From: Lama glama
Taxonomy: Eukaryota
Direction: 5' to 3'
DNA: 64,000 bases
Assembly: GCA_028534125.1 (NCBI GenBank)
Contig: CM052816.1
Coordinates: 48,672,001-48,736,000 of the forward strand
The notes under the pieces are model-generated. The model had not been told where the DNA came from and ran no database searches. It worked only from the letters and a program-made list of their open reading frames with translations. The position numbers and the translations under genes were made by a program. Positions within the stretch are counted from its first letter, which is position 1, and every line of letters begins with the position of its first letter. Shown one piece after another: positions 41,801 through 55,157 of this stretch.

Positions 41801-43450
41801 TATCTGCTGAGGATTTGTTCCAAGACCTGCCACAGATAGCAAAATTTGCAGATACTCAAGTCCCATAGTTGGCCCTTCATACCTGCAGACTCTACACCCA
41901 TGGATTCAACCAACCAGGAGACTTAAACACAGCACACCATGCAGTTGGTTGAATCCTAGAATTCAGAGCTTGCAGATTCAGAGGGCCAACTGTATATTTA
42001 TTGAAAAAATATCTGTGTGTAATTGGACCCATACAGTTCAAACCCATGTTGTTCAAGGATAAGCTGTATATTGCATTTTAGACATTATCAAGTTTTTTTG
42101 ATAATATTTTGTTGTGGATTTTTTGCATCTATATTGATGAACAATATCCATTTGCAGTTATCCCTGTTATGTTTTTATAGGTTTTGATATTAGGGTACTG
42201 CTGGTTTCAAAGAAAAAGTTAGAAATCCTTCCTTCTGCTCCTATTTTCTGGAAAATATTCTAGAAAACTGATATAATTTATTTCTCAAAAATTTGGTAAA
42301 ATTCACCAGTGAATTCATCCAGGCCTGATGCTTTCCATTTTTGAAACTCATTAATAATTGAGTCAATATTCTTATTTATAAGCCTATTTAAATTATCTAT
42401 TTCTCCTTGTATAAGTTTTGGTAGTAATATCTTTCAAGGAATTAGTTCATTTTATCTAAGTGTTCAAATGTGTGGTCACATAATTTTTATAGTGTATTTT
42501 ATGATCTTTTATATTGCTATAAGTAGTTATGATCCTGATATAATTTCACCCATTTATGTCTTCCCTTTGTTTTTCTTGGTTAGCCTAGTTAGAGATTTAT
42601 AAATTTTATTGATCTTTTAAACAACTAAATTTTGGTTTTGGATATTTTTTCTATTGCTTTCTTGTTTTCAATTTCATTAACTTCTGCTCTTTTATTCTTT
42701 GTTTTCAGTTTGTTTTAAGCTTATAGTGTTCCTTTTCCTCTAGTTTTCTAAGGTGGAATCTTAGATTGTTGTTTAGATATTTCTTCTTTACTCATAATTG
42801 CATTTAATTTCAATGTATTTCACTCGAAGCACTGTTTTCACTATTTTTCTCAAATTGTTTGTTGTTGAAGTTGATTCTGATGTTTACTTAGCTCAAAATA
42901 TTTTAAAAATATATCTTGAGACTTATTTTTTGACCAGTATGTTATTTAGAAGTGTGTTGTTTAACCTCCAAATGTTTGGGAATTTTCCATTTATCTTTCT
43001 GTTATTGATTTCAAGTTTAATTCCATTGTGTTATGAGAATAATATTATACAATGTTTGTATAGTTTCTATTATTTTCAATTTGTTGATGTATATTTTTTG
43101 GTCCAGAAAAGCATGCATTTGAAAAATGAAATGAGCTTAAGAAGAATTATATTCTGTACTTGTTTGATAAAATATTCTATAAATATCAATTGAATCAAGT
43201 TGACTGATGGTGCTTCTCAGGTCAACTTTATCCTTACTGATTTTCTGACTGCTTAATTTATACGTTACTGAAAGAAGGGCAGTGAAATCTCTAACTGTAA
43301 CAGCTGTGTGTCTATTTTACCTGATGTTCTATCATGGTTTTTTTGTTTCCTTGTTTGTTTGTTTTTTTGTCTTTTTCAAAATGTATTTTGATGATCTATT
43401 TTTAGCAATATGACAATTAAAGAATAGTATCTGAGAATTGACCTCTTTTT
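38900..43450 (-). mobile_element. Long old L1 (L1MC/MD): 3' UTR and decayed ORF2
   Basis: ORF 40936-41118 (DIKEDLNKLRDIHCSWLGKLNI...IYRLNAMPI) is L1 ORF2, and ORF2-like DNA continues to the EN start at ~43440. Confidence 0.8.
41787..42066 (+). mobile_element. MER8/MER2-like Tigger MITE nested in L1
   Basis: cagtcattcctaggtatc ... cagttcaaacccatgttgttcaaggataagctg+TA; internal inverted repeat ggattcaaccaac / gttggttgaatcc. Confidence 0.8.
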
Positions 43451-43464
43451 CTAATTTTTGGAAC

Positions 43465-45590
43465 ATTTTAATTGAAATATAGTTGATTTAAAATATTGTG
43501 TTAATTTCAAGTATACAGCAAAGTGATTTGGTTATATATATACATACATATGTATATATATTATTTTTCAGATTTTTTCCATTATAGGTTATTACAAGAT
43601 ATTGAACATAGTTTGCTGTGCTTTACAGTAAATCCTTATTGTGTATCTATTTTATATATGTTAGTGTGCATCTGTTAATCAAATAGCCTTTATTTATCCC
43701 TCCCCTATTTCCCGTTTGGTAACCATAAATTTCTCATCCATATATATGAGTCTGTTTCTGATTTGGAAATAAGCTCATTTGTATTATTTTTTTTAGATTC
43801 CACATAGTGATATCATTTGATATTTGTCTTTCTCTGTCTGACTTACTTCACTTAGTATAATAATCTGTAGATCCATCCATGTTGCTGCAGAAGGCGATAT
43901 TTGATTGTTTTTTATAACTGAGTAATATTCCAGGTTCCAGTTGATTTTGTATGTCTTTTTTTCCATTCTTCTTTTAGGTTTTTCTTTTGTAGTTTGATAA
44001 TTTTCTTTTATATTATACTTGAGTTCCTTTCTTTTTGTTTTTTGTGAATCTATTGAATGTTTTTGAGTTTGTGGTTACTCTGGTTTTCAAGAATGGTAAT
44101 CCATAATTGTAGCTACTTGCTTTAGATGGGTAGTCCCATAAACTCAAAAACATGCTAAAAGAGCCACATTTTCTTACTCCCCTCCCCAACACTTTGTGAT
44201 TTTGATGTCTTATTTTACATCTTTGTCTTTATCCTTTTGCTGTTCATTGTAGTTATAATTGCTTTCATAAAATTTTTTATTGTTTTTTAATCCATGTACT
44301 GGCTTATTTAAGTGATCTTCAATCTGTTTATATATTTGCCTTTCCTACTGTTTCCCTTTCCTATAGATTCTTCTTTCTTTTCTATTTAAAGAAGACTTTT
44401 CAATATTTCTTTTAGGATAGGTTTACTATTGTATTCTTTTAGTTTTTCCTTATCTGTGGAATTATTTGTTTCTCCTTCTACTCTAATGGTTAATCTTGCA
44501 GTGTAGTGTATCCTACGTTGCAGGTTTTGCTCTTTCTGGACTTCGAATGCATCTTGCCACTCCCTTCTGGCCTGCAAAGTTTCTACTGAGAAATCACCTA
44601 ATAGCCTTATGTGGGTTCCCTTGTAACTGACTCTTTGTTTTTCTCTTCCTGCCTTTAGAATCCTCTCTTTATCTTTAACATTTGCTGTTTTAGTTATGAC
44701 ATGTCTTGGAGTAGTTCTGTTTGGATTCATCTTGTTTGGGACCTTCCATGCTTCTTGTACCTGGATATCTGTTTCCTTCTTTAGGTTTGGAAAGTTTTCA
44801 GCCATAATTTCTTCAAATACATTTCGATCTCCTTTTCTCTTTCTTCTCCATCTGGGATTCCTATTAAGCATAGATTAGCACACTTTATATTATCCCATAG
44901 ATCTTGTATGTTGCTTTCATTTTTTTATTTGTCATTCTTTCTGCTTTTCTCATTGAGTGATTTTCATTATTCTATCCTCCAGATTACTAATTTATTCTAA
45001 TGCATTATTTAATTTGCTATTTATTGCCTTTAGTTCGGTTTTTATCTCAGCTATTGAATTGTCTAATTTTGATTGGCTCCGCTTTATGGTTTCTTATTCC
45101 GTGTTACAGTGATATGCATTTCTATGATAATCTTTCCTAATTCCTTCAGCATTTTTAATTACATCCTTTTTGAACTTGGGGCCTAGTAGACTAAGGAGAT
45201 CTGTTTCATTATTTGTTCTTTCAGAGTATTGTATTTGTTCTTTTAATTGTGAGTGGCCCCTCTGCTTTTCATTTTACTTATATTTCTCTGACTCTGAATT
45301 TAGGAGAAACAGTATTCTACTATGGTTGAAGGGCTGTTTTTATGTGAGTCTGACCCTGCGTAGACTGTGTGAGTTCTTCAATATTTTGGATGTGAGGACT
45401 GTTTCTGGTATGGATGCTTGCCATGTCTTTCCTCTGGGATGCTGGCTTTTGTCCCCTTGAAGGGGGTGTGTTTGGTGTTGTGGTGACCAGAGCCTGCAGC
45501 AGATGTTGTATGGGGCCTCTTCTTTATTCTGTGGTTGTCATAGCCCTGTTAGGGACAGGATCTGCTCTCTAGTTGTTGGAGTAGAAACCT
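43465..45590 (-). mobile_element. Cetartiodactyl-type L1 with ORF1 but almost no ORF2
   Basis: 3' end attgaaatatagttgattt...cagcaaagtgatt and the last ORF2 codons to ~43932, joined directly to the inter-ORF region, ORF1 and part of the 5' UTR. Confidence 0.85.
44386..44871 (-). pseudogene. L1 ORF1p remnant (RRM + CTD)
   Basis: FEEIMAENFPNL, PRHVI, KERILKA, DFSVETLQARREW are hallmark ORF1p motifs. The N-terminus is out of frame. Confidence 0.9.
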
Positions 45591-45599
45591 GTGTTCCTT

Positions 45600-46200
45600 G
45601 GCTATGACCTTCACAAATGTCCCTCTTCCCAGTTTTAGTTGAGACAGGTGGGCTAAAGGGGGCTAGATTAGGGGAAATGCTCTTTCCTCAGGCAGGATAA
45701 GGCTCTAAAGAACTCTTCTCCCCTGCATAGTAAGCCTTTGTAATGGAGAAAGTTCTGGGTATATTTCACATGGTTACTTCCCCCATCTCTAACCCTCAAC
45801 ACACACGCTCCCTTTTAGAGCTGTTAGAGAATCAACCAAGGCTCATCACTGTGAGAACCTGGTGGGGTTCCTGAGGGTAAAATCCATAAAATCTTAGATA
45901 CCCCTAAGATTTCAAGACTTCTAACTTTCACGCTAGTCCACACTCAGTCTTCAGCAATTCATCAAAACTAGAATTTAAGTGTTCCCACCAGTTTATGGGT
46001 CCAGCAGCTTCTGCTACAAGTCCAAGTTTCCATCCTCTGGATTCACATGTCTCTCTAAATTTCAAGGTGATAGTTTACCCTGTGAACTCAGTTTTCTTAT
46101 GGGGCCACAAAAAGTAATTGATTTTCAGTTTCTTCAGTCTTTTTTTGCGTGTGTGTCAGGGTGGGAATAAGAACTTCAAGGTCTTTACACGTCAGTCTGA
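45600..46200 (-). mobile_element. Old L1M 5' region
   Basis: tcactgtgagaacctggtggggttcctg; ctagtccacactcagtcttcagcaattcatcaaaa; ccctgtgaactcagttttct. Confidence 0.6.
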
Positions 46201-47703
46201 AAATCAAATTTATCCCAATTCACATTTTACTCTAAAGCATAAAAGATTTTTACTTGACCTATATCTATCCTACATCATCTAGTTCTCTGACTTTCACATA
46301 TTGACCCTCAATAAATATTTTTGACCAACAGCAAATACTCTCCATACTGAAAATCATAAACAAGGCCAAATGTGAGCTAGTGTCAGAAACATTTTCTTAT
46401 ATATCCTGAACCACCAAAAAATAGATGTATCCAAATCATGATAATATAGATAAAAATATTTTATAATTTATCCTTTTAAAGACATATAATTTTCTGGCCT
46501 CATTTGCTTTTACTCACTTTGACCATAAAGTTGCCCTCTCACAGAAAAATTCTTCTTCCCCTGAGTTTGCACTGAACTTTACACATTTGAAATTTTGCAC
46601 TACTCCCTCTATCAGAAATATATTCTCCTTTTTATCTGACAAATTTTTATTGATTCTTCCAGAAAAATCTTACTGAATCTAATAAAATATATCTCTAAAA
46701 TCCTTCTTATACCTTTACCTATTCTTTCCTAATATTTAATTTCTGTGGTGCAAAAAGACTTTGAAGAGCTCAAGATACACAGGCTAGATCAAATATAAAC
46801 TATATTAAAATATAACAAGGATTTTTATTGTTTCTAGAAAGAAGTTTAAACCCAATTTGTCAGTAGTAAATATAAGCTGTTTATTGGCCCTACTGTAACC
46901 TTATATAAGGGTATAGAATACAAAACTATCTCATAAATAAACATTGGTTCACTGGGAATCCAAATAGTGTTAGTAACATTGCTCTCTTGTTGAATCTCTT
47001 GTCCTTTATTAAAATGATTAACTACTTTATATTTGAGTGCATTACATGAACTGTGAATAAATGATTCAGAAGAAATTATGACCTTTTGAGACCTTCTTGG
47101 CTATTTAGAGCATTGGATGTGATTCTCAGAGCTAATGTGTGAGAAGAGTAATTCACCAGCTATGATAGGCAAATGAAAGAAGTGATGAGCCTGAGATTTT
47201 AAATGATGTTCTAAGATTACCAAATGTGTATTTCCAGAAGTGGGGAATGACTCATCTTTAATTCTTAATACTTAAATGTATATTTTCCACATTCTTCCAT
47301 ATTTTACTTTTTTTGTTGATTATCATCATATAAATGCTGACAATAGTTTTTATCTTTACTTTCATTCACTCCTTATATGTTTACTTTAGTGAAAAAAGCT
47401 AAAAATCAGGAAAAAGAACACTTTAATGGAGAAAACCTACCCAACTTTTCAGATCATTGCAACTACTTGCAGTGCTAATCAGTATTTTTGGCTCACTAAC
47501 CAAAGGGATAACTGTTTGAATATGGTCTTTTTCATCATCCTTTACTACCTTCTTCCTTTGACTATGTCACTCTAGCAATGGATGTTGTGCCCTGCATTCT
47601 TTTCCAGTTGTACTACTAAGAAAATATGGAAACACCTTTCTCTTCTTAAGGAAGTATCATTGCATCATGAAGTTTCAGTGGGGAGATGTGCACAGAATAA
47701 GCT

Positions 47704-47705
<2 letters not shown>

Positions 47706-47741
<36 letters not shown>
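47706..47741. repeat. (CA)18 microsatellite
   Basis: Perfect dinucleotide run. Confidence 0.95.
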
Positions 47742-47743
<2 letters not shown>

Positions 47744-49717
47744 GTCTAAAGGACTATTCTCTATGTCCTAAGGAATATCACCTAAGTACTATCCTTGATT
47801 CATCTGGATATTAGCTGTAATGATGTTACCACTCTTTGAATGCTGCAGTGATCATTGTAGGGGTATGATCTGTATCTAAGCAAAGATTTCAGTTTGTGGC
47901 CCTCTTGTGATATGATGACTCATGGTCATCTTAACATGTTCCCAAAGGCCAAAGCTCTCACTTGCTGATTTTTACACCTGAGAACCATTTGTCTTCTGTT
48001 GTCATTTTATAGCTACTGATGTCAATGTTAACGTTGCTGCAAATAGACATTGCCTCAAGAAAGCACACAAATCATTTCTGGTTAAAAGCAGACTATGTCT
48101 TTGCTAAAACTGCCTCTGCATCACTTGTCTATGAGAGTTGCTGACAGGATTATTTTTCATTTGTACACCTGGGAAAATAACTCTTCTACACCCTAAATGT
48201 CCTTTGAAGTCAGTATTAAACATAAATAGGGTGCCAAAAGAAATTACATTCTAATCTTTTATAATGTACTTAATAGTGTACTCTGATACAGTTCTAGTAA
48301 AAAAATTTTACAGAAAGCTGAATGGTACAAAACAGGCATTCTGAAATGCTGAGTGAGAAATAGATTAACACCTCTTTCACTATAGTAACATTTTTTATAG
48401 TGCTACAATCAAGAATTTTTAAAAACTGAGTTTTCGTTTATGTCTCTTGGTAAATAAGTCAGTAAGATAATTTTTATAAAATTTATTAGCAGATAGAATT
48501 TCTACCTTTGAATATGATTTCTTTCTCTTTCTTCTTTTGTTAGGAATCGTTTGAAAGTTACATCTCCTACTCTTCATCTCTTTATTCCCTATCTCAATAT
48601 ATTAAAAGTGAGTTTATCACAAGGGAATGAATTTCTGGCGCACTATTCCTAGGATTGATAAGTACATTTATAGACCAGGAAAAGGAAACAACAGAGAAGG
48701 AGAAACTTAAAGTGTAAAGAAGGGCAATTGATGAAGACCGACTCATGTCAAGTTGGGGGAAGACTCAAATGTGAAAAATAGCTAGAAAGGTCAGTCTTAT
48801 TAAAGAAGGACACAATATTGCGGGACAGATATAAAATAACAGGGTAAGGGAGGACAGAAATTTTGGCAGAGAAGAGATTATGATCAAGGAAGTTAATATC
48901 ATTTTTCTCTAATTTGTCAATGAATTAAATAAAGAAATTGACTGCAGTTGAGATAATCTATGGAGTTAAAGTTGTGGATATGAGATTATTAATTTTCATG
49001 AAGCTGTAATGAAATTCATGTGGATAGAATAATAACTGAACAAGGGTCAACTTACAGTTCACTGGAGAAATACTGAAATTTTGATTGAGACAGACAGTAG
49101 GGCTCCATACCTTACACCAGGGGTCATACAAGTCTGCAAGTGGGAATGAAGAAATAAGACATTGATCATTACCCACACTGAGGACTAAGGAAGTGGGGAG
49201 GAGACTTCAATGAAAAATTGAAGCAATCATTAATTTTAGTAATTATTATATTATAAATATCTCTTTTTTTTTAACTAATTTAAATAAGCAGTATATTCCC
49301 CAGAGAAGTTCTCGTGAAGTTTACTAAGTTTATCTGCCTAGACCTTCCTCTAGAATCAAATTAAATTATGGAATATGTGTAAGTGTACTGTATTTATGAT
49401 CAAGTATTCAAATAAATGGCTCTCTTTTAGGTACTTCTTGTTTTCATGTCCAGTTTTCTTACTACTTATCTTTGATATTCTGTATATGCCAACACTTAAC
49501 ACTTTATCCATTTCAATCTCCCTGATTGTATGTATTTTAATTATGAAAATATCTGTATATAAATTGAAAGTTTTATTCTTGTGTGATAGGGAGTCAGACA
49601 ATGGGCTCTGAATGGTTTTCTTATTTCAAAATAACTAGATTCTGGGTAAAATCACTTTTTTAATGCATTTCTGGACTCAAAGAGAGTAAGAGAAAATTAT
49701 CCAAACACACCCACAGA

Positions 49718-51853
49718 GGAGGCAGTCCAAGATGTCTACATAGAAAGATCCTGAACTCCTCTCCTCCCATAGACAAATTGAATCTACAGCTATACATAGA
49801 GCAACTTCCTTGGAAAAAGGTCTTAAAACTAATTGATCAGCTTCTTTACATCAGCAAAAGAGAAAAAGTCCACGTTGAGGTAGGTAGGAGAGGCTGAGAC
49901 AGGGTCTTAACAAAGCCCCACCTCCAGTAGTATGACCTGCAGTCAATCCTGAGGGATCTCACAAATTCTGAACTTCTCCCTGGAGAGTGAAGGGTTTGTA
50001 CAATGTACCAGGCACCCTAAAGCTTAAGACCTGAACTGGAGATATGAGCCCCTAAAACATCTGGCTTTGAAAACCATTAGGGCTTCCATCCATGAGACCC
50101 AAAAGGCTACCGCAAACTGAGAAACCCGTGGAAGTATCCCTTTGAGGGGGAGCTCTTATATGTCACTGATGCCCCAGTTTTTAAGTCTGGTGCCCTCTAT
50201 TTTGTGGCTGCCACATAGGAAACATTCCTTGATTGCCTGGTTTTGGTGGCCAGGGGGCTTATGTTCCAAGGTCCAATAGAGCTGTAACAATCAGAAAGAC
50301 AGTTCTTGGGAGGATACCGCCTCCAGGGTACTACAGAGACAACAATCTGAAACAGACCCTCAGTCTTTCTGTGGAAGAAGCCTACTTACTTGTTCTGGAG
50401 CTTTCAGCTGAGGGGCAGACTTCAGGTTTGCCACACATCTGGAGTCTACAGAGATGATCTCAAGAAATATGTCATCTCCAGAGAATGTCATCTTCTTGCT
50501 CTCTCTCTCTGCTTTGCTACAGCTTGCTGGAACCTCCAGAAAAGAGCTTATTTACTTGTCTGGAGCCCTGATTTTTGCAAGTGTTATCCAAGGGACTCTT
50601 CCAGATAGTCAGGTCTGGAAGCCAGCAAGGTTTACAATTGTAGTCTTGCAGGACAGTATATATTGCATACATGAAAAGCTGCCACCTGAGGGTGTGACTT
50701 CCAAGCAGCCTAAAACTAGGGGCTGACAGAGTTCCCCTCCTTTTGGAACACTGATAGGCTTTGACATACCCTCAACAACTGGGACCTGTTAAAAATAAAT
50801 CAGATTCCTTGGAAAATCACAAAGGTTTGAGAGATTGCCAAGAGCTAGAGTAAGTTTTAACAGTAAGATTCTTTTCTTACATGAGGCTACTGGGAGAGTC
50901 AGATGTCACCTAATACATAGAAACAAATACAGAGAATCAAGAAACATAAGGAAACAGAGAGATACATTCCAAATGAAAGAACAAGATAAAACCTAGAAGT
51001 AATGGTCATAAAGATGCTTGCTGAACTGGGGAGAACAGATGGACATGTGATAACTTGTACAGAGAGATGGAAATTATAAAAAAGAACCAAATAGAAGCCA
51101 CAGAGCTGAAAAATACAATAACTAAACTGAAAAATACACTCAAGTGGTTCAACAACAGACTAAATGATTCAGAAGAAAGGATCAGTCAACTTTAAGCAAG
51201 GCAGTGGAACTCAACTACTCAGAGCAGCAAAAAAAAAAAAAAAAGGAAAATGAATAAGCTAGCTTAGCTTAGGGGACTTAAGGGGCAACATTAAACAGTT
51301 GAACATTTGTATCACAGGGCTCCCAGAAGGAGAGAGAAAGGGGTAGAAATATTATTTGAATATATTGTGTCTATAGAAACTTCACTAACCTGGGGAAGGA
51401 AACAGACTTCCAGATCCAAGAAGACCAGAGAGTTCTAAAGAGACTTATACCAATACACATCATAATTAAAATGGCAAAAGTTTCTTTAACTTTTGGAGAG
51501 AATACTAAAAGCAGCAAAAGAAAAACAACTTGTTATGTACAGGGAAACTCCCACAAGACTAGGAGCAGATTTTTCAGCAGAAACTTTACAGAAAGGATTG
51601 GCATGATATATTCAAAGTGCTGAAAGAAAAAAAAAGTCAAACAAGAATACTTTGCCTGGCAAATTTATCATTCAGAATTGAAGGAGAGAAGAAGAGTTTT
51701 CCAGACAAGCAAATAAAAGAGTTCATCACCACTAAACTGATATTACAAAAATGTTAAAAGGAACTTTAAGCTGAAAATGTTAAAGAAACTTCTTCAAGCT
51801 GAAAAATAAATCTGCTAATTAATAACAACAAAAAAAAAGTATAAAGATCACTG
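49718..51853 (+). mobile_element. L1 5' UTR and decayed ORF1 up to the inter-ORF region
   Basis: 5' start ccaagatg...agatcctgaactcctctcctccca; ORF1 motifs cagatttttcagcagaaactttaca and ttatcattcagaattgaagga. Interrupted at atcactggt. Confidence 0.85.
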
Positions 51854-51894
51854 GTGGGTTCTGGCCAGCAGAAGTCCCACTGTGATGGAATGAA
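51854..51894 (-). mobile_element. 3' tail of the LTR at 52215-52774, displaced by inversion
   Basis: 51854-51882 is the exact reverse complement of 56285-56313, the end of the sister LTR. Confidence 0.85.
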
Positions 51895-52127
51895 AATTTA
51901 AAGTTCTATTCCAGTGAACAAATGAGTGATAAGAAAGCAAAACAGTCTTATTGCTTAAATGGAGAAAGTTTTAGTGGTCTGGATAGAAGATCAAACCAGC
52001 CACATTATTCCTTTAAGCCAAAGCCTAATTTGAGTGAGGGCCTAACTGTCTTTAATTATATGAAGGCTGAGAGAGGTGAGGAAGAGAAAAGAAGAGAAGT
52101 TTGAGCTAGCAGAGGCAGGTTCATGAG
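51890..52127 (+). mobile_element. Tigger1 internal (transposase) fragment
   Basis: atggagaaagttttagtggtctggatagaagatcaaaccagccaca...atgaaggctgagagaggtgaggaag matches the recalled Tigger1 consensus. Confidence 0.85.
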
Positions 52128-52214
52128 TTATTTTTACTACTTTTGAGTTTTCACCTTCATAATATACCTATGTGATTAATCCACTACCTTTTCTATATAT
52201 TTAACTTTACTAGT
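52125..52214 (-). mobile_element. Inverted continuation of the 49718-51853 L1 (inter-ORF)
   Basis: Minus strand reads actagtaaagttaaatatatagaaaaggtagtggattaatcac, the expected continuation after atcactggt. Confidence 0.75.
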
Positions 52215-52774
52215 TGTGGGAGCCCATGACTGGGTTAACAAATTGTAACAGACCCCAGCCACTTGTCTCCTTAAAGAAGAACAAATGTGCTTAGTAACTG
52301 CCTTGCAAGCAGGCACCTGTGCATCCACACTCTGGTCTCCTTGTCGTAAAAAGGAGAGACAATTCCTTGCTTCCATAGTTGAGGTTTTAGATAGCACTCT
52401 GCTCATTGCAAAGCAACGACCCAGGCCCTCAGCTGTAAACACTGAGGGTGCCTGCTGTTAGATAGTCTTCTATCCCCAAAGCAATGAACTGGCTGGTTTG
52501 GTGGTCTGCTTTAACATATCTATAAGAATGTATCTTGTTCCCCTCTTCCCATGACTTCTTTAAAGATAAGCAAAGCCTTTGTACTCATTGTGATTTCTAC
52601 ATTCTCGATCCCACCCTGTCTTTCCCTAAATTCCTGCATCCATCAAACAACCGTTAGTGATTTTTCCTTTGATTGTACACAATAAATGTGGGAGCATTTG
52701 AGAGGCTCGTGGAGTTGGCTCCCGAATCCCTCTCGCTCTCTTGACTTTTTCCACAGAGTCTCAAGTAATTCATT
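52215..52774 (+). mobile_element. ERV LTR lacking its last ~40 bp (same family as 55710-56314)
   Basis: Starts tgtgggagcccatgactgggttaacaaattgtaaca; AATAAA at 52681; colinear with the sister copy at both ends. Confidence 0.85.
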
Positions 52775-54810
52775 TTTCTTTCTCTTTCTGCCTTATGACA
52801 ATCTCTAGAGCCATCCATGTTGCTGCAAATGGCATTATTTTATTCTTTTCTATGGCTGAGCAGTATTCCATTGTATAACTGTACCACAACTTCTTTATCC
52901 AGTCATCTTTTGACGGACATTTAGGTTGTTTCCATATATTGGCTACTGTATATAGTGCTGCTATGAACATTGTGGTCTATATATCTTTACAAATTAAAGT
53001 TCCCTCTGAATATATGCCCAGGAGTGCGTTTGCTGGAACATATGGTTAGTCTATTTTTAGTTTTTTGAGGAAATCTCCATACTGTTTTCCATAACAACTA
53101 CACCAAACTGCATTCCCACCAACAGTATAGAAGGGTTCCCTTTCCTTCACACCCTCTTTAGCATTTATAGTTTGTGGGCTTTTAAATGATGGCCATTGTA
53201 GTTTTGACTAGCATTTCTCTGATAATCAGTGATATCTGATAGGGATTACATTAAATCTGTAGATTGCTTTGGGTAGTATGGCCACATTAACAATGTTAAA
53301 TCTTCCAAGCCAAGAACAGGGGATATCTTTCCATTTCTTTAAGTTATCTTTAATTTCCTTAGTCAATGTTTTGTAGTTCTCTGTGTATAAGTTTTTCATT
53401 TCCTTAGTCAGATTTCTTCCTAAGTATTGTATTTTTTTGGATTCGATTTTAAAAGCAATTGTTTCTTTCCTTTCCTTTTCTGATATTTCATTGTTAGTGT
53501 AAAGAAATGCCTCTGATTTCTATATGTTAATCTTATATACTGCTACCTTGTGAAATCCTTTTATCAGCTCTAGTAGTTTTTGTGAGGAGCCTTTGGGATT
53601 TTCTATATATAGTATCATTTCATCTGCATATAGTGAAAATTTTACCTCTTCTCTTCCAATTTGGATTCCCTTTTATTTCTTTTTCTAATCTAATTGCTAT
53701 GGCTAGGACTTCCAATAGTATATTGAAAAGAAATGGTGAGAATGGGCATCTTTGTTCTGAATTTTAATGGGAAGGCTGTCAACTTTTCACTGTTGAGTAT
53801 TATGCTGGCTGTAGGTTTATCATAAATAGCTTTTAATATATTGAGATATGTTCCCTCTATACCCACTTTGGTTAGCGTTTTTATTATAAATAGGTGTTGA
53901 ATTATATCAAATGCTTTTTCTGCATCTATTGAGATGACCTTTCTCTTGTTGATGTAGTCTATCCTGTTGATTGATTTGTGTATGTTGAACCACCCTTGTA
54001 TCCCTGGGATGAACCCAACTTGATCATGGTGCATAATCTTTTTAATGCATTGTTGGATTCTGTTTGCTAGTATGTTGTTGAGGATTTTTGCATCTATGTT
54101 CATCAATAATATTGGCCTATATATATTTTCTTTTTTGGTAGTGTCTTTGTTTGCTTTTGGTATCAGGGTGATGGTGGCTTCATAGAATGAATTTGGGAGT
54201 ATTCCTTCCTCTTCAGTCTTTTGGAATAGTTTGAGAAGGATTAGTATGAGCTATTCTTTGTATGTTTGATAGAGATCCCCAGTGAAGCCATCTGGTCGTG
54301 GACTTCTGTTTGCAGAAAGGTTTTTTATTGCTGATTCTATTTCACTTCTAGTGATTGGTCTGTTGGTCATTTCAAATAATCTATTTCTTCTTGATTCAAT
54401 TTTGGTGGACTGTATGTTTCTAGAAACCTGTCCATTTCTTCTAGGCTGTCCAATTTATTGCCATATAGTTGTTCATAGTATTCTCTTATGATTTTTTGTA
54501 TTTCTCTGGTGTTGGTTGTAATTTCTCCATTTGCATTTCCTATTTTGTTTATTTGTGTCCTCTCTTTTCTTCTTGGTGAGCCTGGCCAGAAGTTAGTCAA
54601 TTTTGTTTACTCTTTCAGAAAACCAGATCTCGGTTTGATTGATTTTTAACTGTTTTTTAATCTTTATTTTATTTATTTCCTCCCTGATCTTTATTATTTC
54701 TTTCCTTCTGCTGATTTTAGGTTTTATTTGTTCTTCTTTTTCTGATTTTTTTTTAGGTGGTAGGTTAGGTTGTTTATTTGAGACTGTTCTTGTTTTCTGA
54801 GGAAATGCTT
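52772..54810 (-). mobile_element. Younger L1 ORF2 fragment, 3' end missing, internal deletion at ~53235
   Basis: ORFs 53690-54106 ([17 protein letters not shown]...[10 protein letters not shown]...[12 protein letters not shown]) and 52770-52970 (WKQPKCPS...FAATWM). Confidence 0.92.
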
Positions 54811-54934
54811 TCCTTAGAATTTGATAAACTGGCACTAAAATTTATTTTCAGAAGAAATTAAAGTGGCTAAAACAGGAAAATACTTCTGAAGAAGAAGAGG
54901 GTGGGAAAATTGTTCTACATAGTCCTACTTAATC

Positions 54935-55157
54935 ACAATGTGTGAAGTTTGAGGGAGTGATGATTTGCACTGGTTGCAAACAATAAAGGTGCATTATATG
55001 TAAAGAATTTAAAAACAATAAAGCAAACCAAAATATTTTTGTTTTTATGTTAGCAACATGACTGGCAATTCAGTGATAAATCATATCTGTGATAAATCTC
55101 TCCTCCATGCATGGGCCAATACCTCCCAAACACTGTCCCCTTAGTGTCTTACTACTT
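54935..55157 (+). mobile_element. Arthur1/MER69-like hAT-Tip100 MITE
   Basis: caataaaggtgcattatatgtaaagaatttaaaaacaataa...ggcaattc...gtgataaa. Confidence 0.55.

Noticed and set aside
41860..41995. Strong hairpin as a pre-miRNA candidate
   Set aside because: Explained by the internal palindrome of the MER8/MER2-like MITE, with no expression evidence.
44386..44871. 161-aa ORF as a domesticated L1TD1-like gene
   Set aside because: Covers only the C-terminal half of ORF1p with a frameshifted N-terminus, inside an ordinary L1 copy.
365..49611. Numerous 60-135 aa ORFs in the ORF track
   Set aside because: F/L/I/Y-rich translations of AT-rich or antisense L1 DNA, many with non-ATG starts and no splice or homology support.
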